Below the pieces are notes generated by a model. The model did no database searches. It saw only the letters and a program-made list of their open reading frames with translations, and was not told where the DNA came from. From Octopus sinensis (lineage: Eukaryota): DNA of 64,000 bases. The position numbers and the translations under genes were made by a program. The DNA lies in the NCBI RefSeq assembly GCF_006345805.1, contig NC_042997.1:67580001-67644000 (forward strand), given 5' to 3'. This document shows, piece after piece, positions 40,411 to 52,805 of the stretch (within the stretch, counting starts at the first letter, position 1; the number at the start of each line of letters is the position of its first letter).

Positions 40411-42349
40411 AAGTTATAGCGCAATTAGAACTCAGGGAAGCATCCGGTTTTAGTCCTGTAGCAACCACGCTTTGTAAATACATATATGCAACATGTGATG
40501 CAAAAAAATTTCCCACAACCATTATAGGGAGTGAGAAAAGAAAACTAGTTCGTGTAACAAAATTTTTAAGAATTACATACAAACATAGATGTACATTTTT
40601 TCAGTTTGTAGTTACGTAACAATGTGAAACTGTGTGTTCTAAAAGTGTGATCAACGGAAAAGCCTTACCACTTTTAACGTAAATTTTAGATACAATCAAC
40701 CTGATACAGTCAGTATATGACAATGTGGGACCTTTGATTACGGGTGCAATCCATCTGATGGGCTGCTAAGTAGTGTCCGTTAAACCAATTTTACTCACAA
40801 ACATTGAGTCGACTGGAAGCTAAGTTAAAAGACACTCATGATGACACGCAACTGGATCGAACCTCATTACTGCGAAGGGAATTTCCTAACTATTCGACCA
40901 TGCCTACCTCCTATTATTAATTTTTTTTTCAACCTAACGAGGTGGATTAAACAAATGCCAAACAGAATTTGTTCTTGCTGCAAACCCTTATTATCAGCCG
41001 TCGTGAGGGTGGAAAATTGGCAAAATCATCAGTGCGTCGGTCAGTGTCTTGCAGTAGTTGTTCTATTTCTTTACATTTTGAGTTCAAAATCTTGTTAAGA
41101 TTAACTAGTTGATATAATGGACTAACCCCTCCCTCACAAATTAAAAATCTTGTGCTTATATTAGAAACATTTTTTTATTGTAGATTCCAATGCCGCGAGC
41201 TGGCAGAATCGTCAGCGTGTTGGATAAAATACTTAGCTACATTTCTTCAACTTTGCCTTTCATCCTCTCAGATCGATAAAATAAGTACCAGTCGACTAGC
41301 CCCTGTCCACAAAGAGAATTATTACTGTTGATTCTGTTTTTCATGCAAGGGAGCGACAAAATATGTACTTGTAAAATACCGAGTCGATTCAATCGACCAT
41401 ATATTTATATAAGTGGTCTTATGCCAATACAAGATATCATTATTATAATCAGTGTGCAGTGCTAAACAAGTTTAATCTCTACGATAATTATGTATTAATT
41501 AAAACATATTAGATCATTCCATTCATCATCAAGCTGATCGTAACATAATATGATATTGCAATTATGGATACACAAAAATCATACGTAGTGCTTTATTACA
41601 GAGAAACAGACTCCTCCCACGCAAAAGCATGTTAGAAAAAAAATTATACCTATCCTTTAATGCCTTAGCTGTGATTATGATCTTGACAAGCTACTTCCGT
41701 CCGCCACCTAATTACATACATTGAATTAACAATGTGATAACATTAAATACAAGGGTACAACATTTTGAAATGAAAAAATCAATTAGATCGACACAGTACT
41801 TGACTGGTGTTTATATTGTATCGACCCCTGAAGGATGAAAGGTGAAGTCAACTTCAATAGGATGTAATAACCAAAGATACTTTCCATCAAGAATTCAAGA
41901 ATTCATTTGGTTATTTTACAAAAAACAGAATGAATATCCGATGATTATGCAATAATACAGCAATAATTGTATGTGTTTTCATTAAAAAAAAATCATGCTG
42001 CTTTCAAGGGCATTAATTGACCAAGATAGCGACATACAGGAATTGAAACCAAGAATGCAAACATAGCTCATCAGGAGCCGAGTTATTTCGTTTAAACTAA
42101 TTACACAGACATTACACACACGTCTCCACATACATACACATACAGATGGGGGACACCTGATTAAGAAATGAAAAATAGATAGGATCCTATGACGTTCATA
42201 ACTCTCACCGGTCTATTTACTCCAACTGTAATTAGCTGTAGTGTATCTAACAATTAAGGAAACAGATTTAGCTGTTCTGATTTTGAGTTAGGAAAAAGTA
42301 CATACGTGTGTATACACACACACATAAACAGATATATATATATATATAT

Positions 42350-42390
42350 TGGGCAACGTTTCGATTATGGTCTTAACGAAACGTTGCCCA
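42350..42390. repeat. Perfect 14-bp inverted repeat with a 13-nt loop, next to (TA)n
   Basis: TGGGCAACGTTTCG-attatggtcttaa-CGAAACGTTGCCCA. Confidence 0.95.
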
Positions 42391-43341
42391 TAGACAGACA
42401 CACACACACATCATTGTACATGTGTTTGTTGAGAAAGACAGAAGTTAATAAACGGTATAATGATATACAACAGAAAAACCAAAAATGCCTCCAAAAGTAA
42501 ATAAAAATAGCGATGAAAGAAATGCATAAAAATAGCACGCGTTTGCATTGACATTGAAATCTCCTTTCAAATATTGAAGAACCATTCTTACGCTAGAGGA
42601 GAAAAGTCGGGCAAGTAGACAAGCCGCCTAATGCTATCTAACCGAACGGCATTGCTAAACACGAGATATTTTCTCTATTGCACCTTCACTTATTACCTGC
42701 TTCAAGATCTGTTCAAAATATCTTTTAAATATATTAGGAAGACCAAGTAAATAGATCATTGTTTGTTCTCTGCAGAATAAATTTACTTTTCTATTTTTAC
42801 AGAAAAATAAGGCGAGGGAATTGTCAACCGAATCGACCTTAATGTAACGCAGGTACTTATCGTATGGATAATCATAAGATGAAGAGAACAAAGCAAAGTG
42901 AATCAGAAAAAGAAATATAGTAAAAGTGACAACGATGTATCGTATTTTTAATAGAAAAATAAAATACTGAAGATAATCCCAGTTGATTAGTAAATCCAAT
43001 AACAGATGACACATAAGGGTGGGGGTAAACGACAGGGCTCTTTCACAGATGGACATGAATATTTATTTTATCGACCTTCAGATGAAATAAAAGCCGAAAC
43101 GACTTAGCTGAAATTAGAACACGGAGAGAGAACTTAAATTCCGTCTCAATCTTCAGTCTGTAAAGCGTGTGTACTTCTAGGAGCTATTTGACCGGTAATA
43201 AAACATTTGTACAAAAATTAATTGATCCAAAATGTGATTCACAAATGTATTGCATGTAAATGTTGGCATAATTATATGTAAACATGACAGTATGTTTTGT
43301 TGTTTTTTTTTTAATATCTAGAATCTAAATGCAATACTCAC

Positions 43342-43381
43342 GATCTCCGACTAATAAAATCCTGACGTCTTTTCGAACCAT
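43342..43381 (-). CDS. Miro: Miro coding exon 1, 40 nt: MVRKDVRILLVGD + 1 nt
   Basis: Matches RHOT1 MKKDVRILLVGE. Consensus donor |gtgagt. Phase 1 joins exon 2 in frame and implies an intron of 8746-43341. Confidence 0.93.
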
Positions 43382-43689
43382 TTTTGAGGTTGGTTGGTTA
43401 ATCACAGATAAATGCCGTCAAGATAGGGAGCTTTTAATTCTGAAGTTAATGAGTGGTATATAATGTCTTCATCAAACTCTCGAATATAATTTGATAAAGT
43501 GCAGTCAGACACACCACTCTGAATAAAATTCAGAAAAATACAACCGAAACGACCTGGTCCGACCCATCGCACATTTGTCTTCTTCCTTACTAATGATATC
43601 GTACTAAGAAAAAATTTGCGACTAAGAGGCAAAATTCTTAGATGGAAGTTTGAATAAATCCCTATTTTGTTATGTGAAAGTGCTATGTA

Positions 43690-43890
43690 CAAACGTAGGA
43701 AACGTTTTCCGTATAAGAAAAGGTTGAGTAACAGCTAATATGGCAGAGCGTAAGCCTCATGACAGCGCCATCTTAGCTCAACGATTTGTCGTTTATTCAC
43801 AAGTACGCATGCGTGAAACTTAATGGAAAGTGACTTCAATATCGTCTGCTAATTTTTTTTCTTATCCGATTTTGCGACTGTCGCAAAACA
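43690..43890 (-). promoter_or_regulatory. Putative Miro core promoter in a CpG-rich island
   Basis: YY1-type AAGATGGCG on the minus strand (43766-43774), NRF1-like palindrome ACGCATGCGT (43805-43814), and a 19-bp odd palindrome TTTTGCGAC-T-GTCGCAAAA (43870-43888). The TSS is not directly observable. Confidence 0.55.
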
Positions 43891-45849
43891 TAAACTAAAA
43901 TAAGGAAATATCAGCGGAATTCTGGTTTAAGAATCTCATGTAACCCTTCATAACTATTTCATTTTTTGGAATTTCCAGAATTTTTTTGCGAATTTGCGTT
44001 CTACACACGGGAATTCATACAATTATATATATATGAAATCTTTTTTTAATACTTAAAAAAAAACCTTCCTTGGGTACATCATTATTCCATTAAATGTGTT
44101 TAAGTACAGAAAAATATTGAAAAATATCAATACATGTCAGAGTGACAAAAGAAACAAGGATGGCATCAGGTTGTTGAGGGATGTGCTAAATTGCCCTTAA
44201 ATGACACACAATTTGAGGGGAGGATAATCATATGAATTCTCATGTGTACCACACAAATTCACAAAAATTTTATGAAAATTCCAAAAGATAGAATAAACAG
44301 TTATGAGGGGTTATATGGGGTACTTGAACCAGAATTCTGCTGAAAATAACTTGTAAAAAGTCGCCAAGTTCCTTTGATCATAAGCAACACAATGGCTTCA
44401 TCTGAATCTTTGTTCAGTAGGAGCTTTATCTTTTAGTCTACATTTAAAATTTTATAAGAAGTTAATTATTCTTTCATATTTCATTAAAAAAAAGTTATTC
44501 ATATGAAGAAGGACAGAGCTCATGCTCTATGCATAACCTCTCTGATTTGTCTCACTGACATGGCTGAGATCAAGTTAGAACATCTTCTGGTGAATGCTTT
44601 CAAGAATAACGTGTGGAGTGGAAACCATGAGGGAGGATAATCTGAACTTTCCACTAAGAGTAAGATTTACTTAAGTCCTGGAGAACTCAATGGTGGTGTT
44701 AAATTGATTGGCAAGATATATTTCAACACAAACCAAAGTATATCATCATCATCGTTTAACGTCTGCTTTCCATGCTGGCATGGGTTGGACATGTGTATAT
44801 AATCATTATCAATATCATATACTAGTAGAATCATTAGCACGCTGGGCAAAATGCTTAGTGACACTTCATCTATCTAAATATTCTAAGTTCAAATTCTGTC
44901 ATGGTTGACTTTGCCTTTCATCTTTTCAAGATTGATAAAATAAGTACCATTTGAGGACTGGGGTTGATGTAATCAACCAGCTCCTTCCCTCAAATTTGCT
45001 GACCTTGTATTAAAATTTGAAATTAATATCACATATTTTATGCATGTATGTTATTAAATGTTACAAAGCTGCAGTATTTCATCAAAGGGGGGACTTTTCA
45101 AAAATGTATAGAGTTAAAAAAGCACAGCTTACTTCAAAACTGGGTGAAACAAAATTGCTCAGAAATGAACAAAAGCAACAGATATTGATATTGGTATTTC
45201 ACAGTTATTTCTGTTGCCTTAGATGAAATACTGCAGCTCTATAACATTTAACACAACAGAAGCATTAAGTTTGTAATGTTGATAATGGTTACATTATTGA
45301 GTTGCTTCTACCACTAAATTTGAATTTTGCTCTACTTGTGCAATACTTTTTCACATCAGCAAATAGATTTTATACTATTTGTATACATTCTTCTAGCTAG
45401 TTGTTGTGACTCACTTTAGAAGCTGAGGAGTACACCACACTGAAGAGTGAAAATAACTGCAAAATATTGGTAGCTGTTGTTCACTCCCAAGGCAATTTCA
45501 TTTCACTTAGCTTTGAAGTATGCTGTTTTTTAAGTCTTTATGATGTCTTCTTTAGACAAAATACAACAGCTTTGTAGTGTTTTTCTAACACACATAGATT
45601 AAGTATGTGATGTTGATAATGTTTACAATATTAAGCTGTTTCTAACACATTTGAGTATGTATACATATATATAATTCAAATTTACAGAAAACAAAAGATG
45701 AAAAGTGTAGGAACAACGAGCAGTTGTATTAGTTAAACACTTGGAAAAATAGAAAAGTCTTTTGAGCCTATGCTCTTCGATTAAGTGGGGGAAAATGAGA
45801 CAGAATGGAAAACAATGTGTGTGTGTGTGTATAATGATCTAACATCTAA

Positions 45850-46520
45850 GGATATGTGCTTAGTTACCAACAATTCCAACTCAGATACATCGGTGCCATA
45901 TCTTTCTTAATTTCCTTTGAAAATGTCTTTGACCCATTTCCTTTATCCTCTTCATGTATGCTCACCTTTGTTGGCTGGTTATCAAAGAGTTGTTTGGTCA
46001 ACCAATGGTTTAGCATTTGTAAGACACAGCTAGCCTATTGAAGCTAATCGTTGTTTCACTGCAGGTGATATCGGCTTGGTGAGTACACTGATATTTCTCC
46101 CTCTCTTTTGCCAATGGATGAGTACAATTTTCCTAAAATTTCTGGTGGTATATTTCCAGGGAATGAAGTTGTCATGACAAATTATCCGCATTTCTTTTCT
46201 GTATGTTTGACTTGTCATGATTTTCATATACTGTTTTCTCAAACAGCCAAAAAAAGGTTATGCTGATACATTTTATTTGATGAGGGATCTCCTTATCATT
46301 ATCTGTGTTCTGTGACAGACAACTACCCAAATATGGAAGTACTCTATATTTTCAACACTCTATCTATCCATGCACTCTATTGGCTGGATTGGGTTCCTGC
46401 TTGTTGGGTTTTCAGTAATACAAAATCCATTTTTGACTTATGCTGACATATCCACAACCCTATTTGCATTACCGAAAATGTCAGTTATCATAGTTCTGTT
46501 GAAGTCACACCAGTGCATCA
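45850..46520 (-). mobile_element. Old RTE (BovB-like) LINE remnant
   Basis: Frameshifted VENI..FPYLGSCLSQ...KEI.HQIK and LTKQLF readings. Confidence 0.5.
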
Positions 46521-47542
46521 CTAGTGTACTGAAGTTCAGTTATTAAGACAGAGCTTGTCAGAGTTGAGTAACTTGCCATCTGTACAACATGAAATCAGGG
46601 CAAATGAGAACTTACCCACAGTGAATTTGAGCATAGTTGAAAGAAATTTGGAAAAGAGAGTAGGGAAAAAATTACATATCCCTAACTTTATCCAGTTCTC
46701 ACATCTAACAGTTCCGTTGTGGAAGGCAGGAACTGCATGTGTTTTGCTTTTTTTATGTAGTCTTACGGAAACCACCTGATTGTGGTAAATTTTTGTTGGT
46801 TGCCAAATTGAGGAAATAATTTCCACAAAGCAGATACATGCGTGGCTGTGTGGTTAGAAGATTGCTTCCCAACCACATGGTTCAGAGTCTCACTGTGTGG
46901 CACCATGGGCAACTGTCTTCTACTATAGCCTCAGACCAACCAAAGCTTCATGAATGGATTTGGGAGACAGAAACAAAAAAAAACCAGTGTGTGTGTGTGT
47001 GTGTGTGTGTGTTTGTGTGTGTGTCTTTGTGTCTGTGTTAAAGGCAAAATTCTTCTGTAATGACTACAATCTGACTTGCTGTTATGAAATAATAATTGTT
47101 TCAGTGGATCTGGTGGACAAAAACTAAAAGAAGCCCATCATATGTGTGTGCATGTGTGTGTGTGTATGTGTGTGTGTGTGTGTGTATGTGTGTGTGTCTT
47201 TGTGTCTGTGTTTGTCTCCCATACCACTCAACAACTGGTGTTGGTGTGTTTACATCTCCGTGACTTAGCAGTCTGGCAGAAGAGACTGATGGACTAACTA
47301 CAAGGCTTTACAAAAATGAGTCCTAGGGTAGATTTTTCAACTAAAACCCCTCAAGGTGGTGCTCCACCATGACCATGGTCAACTGACTGAAACAAGTGAA
47401 AAAATAAAGGAATGTGTGTGTATGTGTACACACACACACACATGCGTGCACACATACATACACATACATATAAACATTCGTATGTAGTGTTTAGATGGAA
47501 CTACTGTTGAAGTGAAGATATAAGGTTCTCACAATGGAGATA

Positions 47543-48816
47543 CGAGGGGCGTTCAATAAGTAATGCCCCTGACCCACTTCCCATAGCAGTAGAGCAACGA
47601 AACTTGGCACAGTTATTAGTCTTTTTCTACATAGGAACCACCCAGAGTTACGCATTTCTCCCATCGTTTGATGCAGCTCTGAAGACCATTTTTGTAGAAG
47701 ACCCCAGCTTGGTCCTCCAACCACGACGTGACTTCAGAAATCAAGGCTGCATCATCTGGGAAACGCTTTCCTTTCAAAAACAACTTCATGGCTGGGAAGA
47801 GGTGAAAATCAGAGGGTGCAGGTCAGGAAATGGGGGATGAGTTCATAGCCGCACGCCTGTGCTTCTGATCTGGCGACACGCGAGTTGTGGATCGAAGCGT
47901 TGTCCTGCAGGAGGAGGATGCCTTTGCTGATCTTGTTCCGCCTCTTGGTTTTGATAGCTTCTCTTAATTTCCTCAAAAGTGAAGCATAATAGACTCCTGT
48001 AATTGTGGCACCCTTTGCCAAGAAATCTGTCATCACTACTCCGTCCTGGTCCCAGAAGACTGTGAGCATGACCTTGCCAGCAGAGGGCTGCACCCTTGCC
48101 TTCTTTGGAGGAGGTGAGTCACGGTGCTTCCACTGCATTGACTGGTCTCTGGATCATAGTGATGGACCCAGGTTTCATCCTGTGTAATCAGTCTTTTGAA
48201 AAATTTTGACTCATCTTCTTGGCACATCTTCAAATTCATCCTCGCGCTATCGACGCGTTCTTGCTTCTGGAAAGGTGTGAGCAGCCTGGGAATCCATCTG
48301 GCAGACACCTTTTGCATATGTAAATGGTCATGAATGATAGTTTCCACAGACCCGGTACTAATATTGACCTCATGGGCTATTTGGCGAATAGTTATGCGTC
48401 GATCTTCCAAAATGGCAGCCTCAACTTGACGGACAGATGCCTCGTCAATGGCAGAAGGGGGCGACCAGATCTGGGAGCTGTTTCCACAAAGTTCCGACCA
48501 TGTTTGAATTCACGATGCCAGCGTTTTACAAGGTCATATGATGGGGCATCATCACCATAAGTTACTTTTATTTCATCAAAATTCTCCCGTGGTGTGCGTC
48601 CTTTCAAATACAAAAACCGCATCACTGCTCGACACTCAACAGGCTCCGTTTCACACTTGACTCAGTTCAAACACCTGTAAATCAGAAACCACAATTAGTT
48701 CAGAGCTGTAATTTGCCACTTAATCTATAGAGATATAGGTAATTGCACATGCAAAATTTCAGCTAGATCAAACAACTGCAAGTGGGTCAGAGGCATTACT
48801 TATTGAACGCCCCTCG
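47543..48816 (-). mobile_element. Full-length mariner (irritans-like), 1274 bp, transposase pseudogene
   Basis: 37-bp TIRs with one mismatch (CGAGGGGCGTTCAATAAGTAATGCC[C/T]CTGACCCACTT) and TA TSDs at 47541-42 and 48817-18. Motifs WIPRLLT, ITQDETW, SAGKVML, LLQDNA. The start reads ACG, there are several frameshifts, and the YSPDL region is damaged. Confidence 0.95.
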
Positions 48817-49949
48817 TATCAAGGGAAAAAGAACACTGAAAAATACAGAACAATATTTACAGATTTATTTGCTCACAACTGTTAATAAGACAGATAACAG
48901 TAATTGTGCATAGTTGACACTGGCAATGTGTTGATATGTTTGTCACTTGCAGGTTGTTGGTAGTTGTGCATTCTGCTGACATAGAGGAAGAAAGAGTAAG
49001 GATTGCACTCTGCTGATAGAGAGAAGAAAGGATAAAGATGGCATTGTCTATTTATGATTCTGGCTGAAAGCTGATCTTCAGATGTTGAGAGAAAGTCAGA
49101 GATGAGATAAAGAAATACCCTTTGTTATATAGTCTATGTCCAGGAAAGTAGGTCAAATCCTAAACAATGGACTGACCTTTCTGTTACCAACAAAATGTTC
49201 TGGGTCTAGTGTTTCCTATTAATCATCTGGTATGGAGATGCAAACACAAAGGATTTTACACTTGTTTGACAAGCAATAAGCAAATGGATTTGGTTTCAAA
49301 TCTCAGGCAGGGCCAAGCAAGGTCCTTACACATAGATGAATGGAAGATAAGAAATCTCCCAAAACATGAATAGTCAAAAATTAAATACACCAACAAAAAT
49401 CTAATATAACTATCTTTATAGAGTTCAAGCTCAAAATAAATATTCAAACCATTCTACCTATAATAGAATTCCTCAACAAAACTTTAGTAGAACATTAATG
49501 TCAAGGAAAACTGAAGGAAGTCCCACAGTATAACAAACATTCTAACCATTTACCTTCTGTAATAATAAGCTTAGTCAACAACATAAACAGGCATATCTCT
49601 GCAATCATTCAATGAAACAATATTCAACCAAGCATCATCTTCCAACAATGAAACCTTAAAACAAATAAGTTCAAAGAAAAATGAAAATACATGCCAAAAA
49701 CTTACACAAATGAAACATAAATCAAAGAAAAACAGAGAATGAAACATCATTTGATTCAACTCACTTTTCAACCTAAACGTAGCAACTTCCTAACATTAAT
49801 TACCTAATACTTCCCAGGAACTACACAAAAGTTAGCAACGGCTGAGCTATAAACAAGCATCTATCTAAAAAATCCACAGCTCATGGCCACAAACAAATGC
49901 AACTCCAACAGATCAAATTCATGCTTGTTAAAACAAAAATGCCTTGAAA

Positions 49950-50990
49950 AAGACATTTCAAGGTAACAGTATTGCAAATGGAATAAACATTGCAAAACAA
50001 GGAGTGAAGGTTGGTATTATCCACACAAGAGTTGATGTTGTTGGTGGTGACAGTATGCAAAGAAAGAAAGAATGAGTGAATATTGAACTTTGACCCATAT
50101 CAGAGTTGTGAAAGAAGGAGAAGAGAGAGAAAGCTATCAGTCGATGCTGCAATTGTGATGGTGCAATCAGGTAAGATGTTTCCAACTTAAATGACAAGAT
50201 GTGGATAGAGTCCATAGGTCATCAATTTAGGTCTTGAAATTAGCACACCTTGATCCTTTGGCTGGAGCAAGGGGTTGTATTCTTGGAGATATGTTTTACT
50301 TGCACATTATCAGAAAACTCATTTAAGTTCATCGAGTTGTTTGGTGCCTGGTCTAAAAAGAGTAATGCTTTGTTGGAAATATTATGTCAGGCACTGTACT
50401 TTTCTACAGCAGGACAAAAACTGTTTGTTAACCACTCTTCAAAAAGACTCTCAATCATTCATGCTTTCTTATTTGAATGCCAAATCAGAGGTAGATTAAA
50501 CAATGCATAACCCTTGAAAGCTTTTCGGATTTTTGGAGTGAGTAAGGGCTTTAATTTTCTATCATCAGCAGTATTTCTTCTCAGAAGAAGTGTCAAACAA
50601 TTTTTGGAAGCTTTAAATATATTATCTTCTTGAGATATAAAAGGTCTAGCAAGGCAGGAACTTCCAGAAAAGAATATCTTCATTAACATTTTATACTTAT
50701 CTGGTGTGTAGCCCTTTTTAGTAATAAGATTTTCTGTTGTTTGGGATTATCTGCAGCTTCTATCTTAATACTGGTAGTTTCACCAGTCATTTTTATGCTG
50801 TCCAAATTCAAGAGCTTTTAAACCTTTCAAACTAGTTTTTACCAACCAGAAAATTTCTTTTTTATTAGAATTTTCATCTTTCTTTTTCTGCATATCAGTA
50901 TTCAAATTTTTGACTTTTTTTTTTCCGTTTTGAATTACCATTACACTTATTGGCACTATATGTTGAGCCTGAACCTTGCTCCATATACCT
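49950..50990 (-). pseudogene. Tigger/pogo DDE transposase remnant
   Basis: NVNED.LFWK, KASKNCLTLLL..NTA.D.KLKPL, LPLIWHSNKKAW, FCPAVEKY, KNTT..LQPKDQGV in shifting frames. Confidence 0.8.
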
Positions 50991-51052
50991 AAGAGCTATC
51001 CAGTTTTAAGCATCACATCAGATAATACAGTTCTATATTTAAGAGATGAGGA

Positions 51053-51529
51053 ATTATGTACATTATTTACAATTGACAGATATTTGTCCTCATCTTGTTT
51101 GTTGTTAACACTTTTCAGCTGATATACCCTCCACTCTTCATCAGGTGTCTTGGGGAAATTTCGAACCTGAGTTCTCATTCCTAAGATGTTTTTCGATGTT
51201 GTTGTTGTTGTTGTTGTTGTTATTATTATTATTATTATTATCATTATTATTCAGGTCACTGCTTGGAATCGAACTCGGAATTTTGGGGTTAGTAGCCTGC
51301 ACTCTTAACCACTACGCCATATGTCCATGGGCATATGGCATAGTGGTTAATAATAATAATAATAATAACAACAACAACAACAACATCGAAAAACACTTTA
51401 GGAATGAGAACTCAGGTTCGAAATTTCTCCAAGACACTTGATGAAGGCGGGAGGGTATATCAGCTGAAACATGTTAACAACAAACAAGATGAGGACAAAT
51501 ATCTGTCAATCGTAAATAATGTACATAAT
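51053..51529. mobile_element. Head-to-head fold-back of a tRNA-headed unit carrying decayed hammerhead cores
   Basis: Arms 51053-51245 and 51350-51529 are inverted. A 22-bp central palindrome with 2 mismatches spans 51305-51350. Pol III A/B boxes lie on the minus strand at about 51265-51320. CTGATGA...GAAA is on the minus strand at 51138-51144. Confidence 0.8.
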
Positions 51530-51530
51530 A

Positions 51531-52410
51531 TGAAACATGGGCCATGACTGCTGAGGACATGTGTATGCTCACAAGCAATGAAGCCAGTATGCTCCAATGG
51601 ATGTGTAATGTCAGTGTGCATACTCGACAGTGTAAGTACCTTGAGAGAAAAGTTGAACCTAACAAGCATCAGATGTGGTGTGCAAGAGAGACGACTGCAC
51701 TGGTATGATCATTTGGCGAGAATGGATGAGGATAGCTGTGTGAAAAATTTCCACACACTAGCGGTTGAGGGAACCTGTGAAAGAGGTAGCCCTAGGGAGA
51801 CCGAGAACTTTGGAAATATGGTGTGCTTGAGAAGACCCGGCGAGCCAAGTGAGACCATAACCTCGTCGCCTATGCCAAGGGTGTAATCAGCCCACTTATG
51901 CATACCTTTCCTTCATTGGACACTAAACTCTGCTTGCGAAGACTTGTTGAGGCAAGAGAAATTGAAATCAAATTCGATGACTGGCAACCGTGCTAGTGGA
52001 GCGCTAAGTGCACCATCCAAGCGTGATCGTTGCCAGAACAACTGACTGGCCTCCATGCCATTGGCACATAAAGAGCACCATTCGAGTGTGATCGTTACTA
52101 GCATTGCCTTACTGGCAACTGAAAAAACATTCGAGCGAGGTTGTTGCCAGTGCCACTGGACTGGTTCCTGTGCAGGTGGCACGTAAAAGACACCATTTGA
52201 GCATGGCCATTGCCAGTACTGCCTGACTGGCTCTCATGCCAGTGGCACATAAATGCACCCACTACACTCTTGGAGTGGTTGGCATTAGGAGGGGTATCCA
52301 GCTGTAGAAACTCTGCCAGATCAGATTGGAGCCTGGTGCAGCCATCTGGTTTGCCAGCCCTCAGTCAAATCGTCCAACCCATGCTAGCATGGAAAGCAGA
52401 CATTAAATGA
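51531..52410 (+). mobile_element. RTE LINE 3' fragment with 3'UTR and (ATG)n tail
   Basis: CGVQERRLHWYDHLARMDEDSCVK and a tail gatgatgatg at about 52410-52428. Confidence 0.88.
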
Positions 52411-52585
52411 TGATGATGATGATGATGAATCAGATCTATGGAAAACATAAAACCAGAATAGTTGATGGAGTAACTTCTTGAGCATTTAACTTAATTTTTT
52501 CCCTATTGTCACATATTGTCATCACTGCAGATGATGTGAACTTTAATGCTTTGGCAATGTGGCTGATTTTTCTATCTTGTATTAA

Positions 52586-52805
52586 CCCTTTAGCATTCAA
52601 ACCAGCCATATCTGGCCAAAATATTTAACCTGTTTTATATTGAAACTGACCAGATCTCACCTCTCACCTCAGCCCTACCATGTTGTTCTAAAACTAAAAA
52701 ATCACATCACTGAAATCTCTTAACTACAAGATAATGCATGATTAATTCAAACCATTTTAAATAAACAAACATCACATTTGACAGAATAATCTGAACACTA
52801 AAGGG
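52586..52805. mobile_element. TTAA MITE (family of 5120-5336), inverted orientation
   Basis: TTAA|CCCTTTAGCATT...AACACTAAAGGG|TTAA. Confidence 0.8.

Noticed and set aside
43402-43692. 96-aa upstream ORF of Miro
   Set aside because: It begins at TTG rather than ATG and has no recognisable motif.
51250-51325. tRNA-Ser gene (minus strand)
   Set aside because: There is no long variable arm or proper acceptor stem, and it is embedded in a fold-back repeat.
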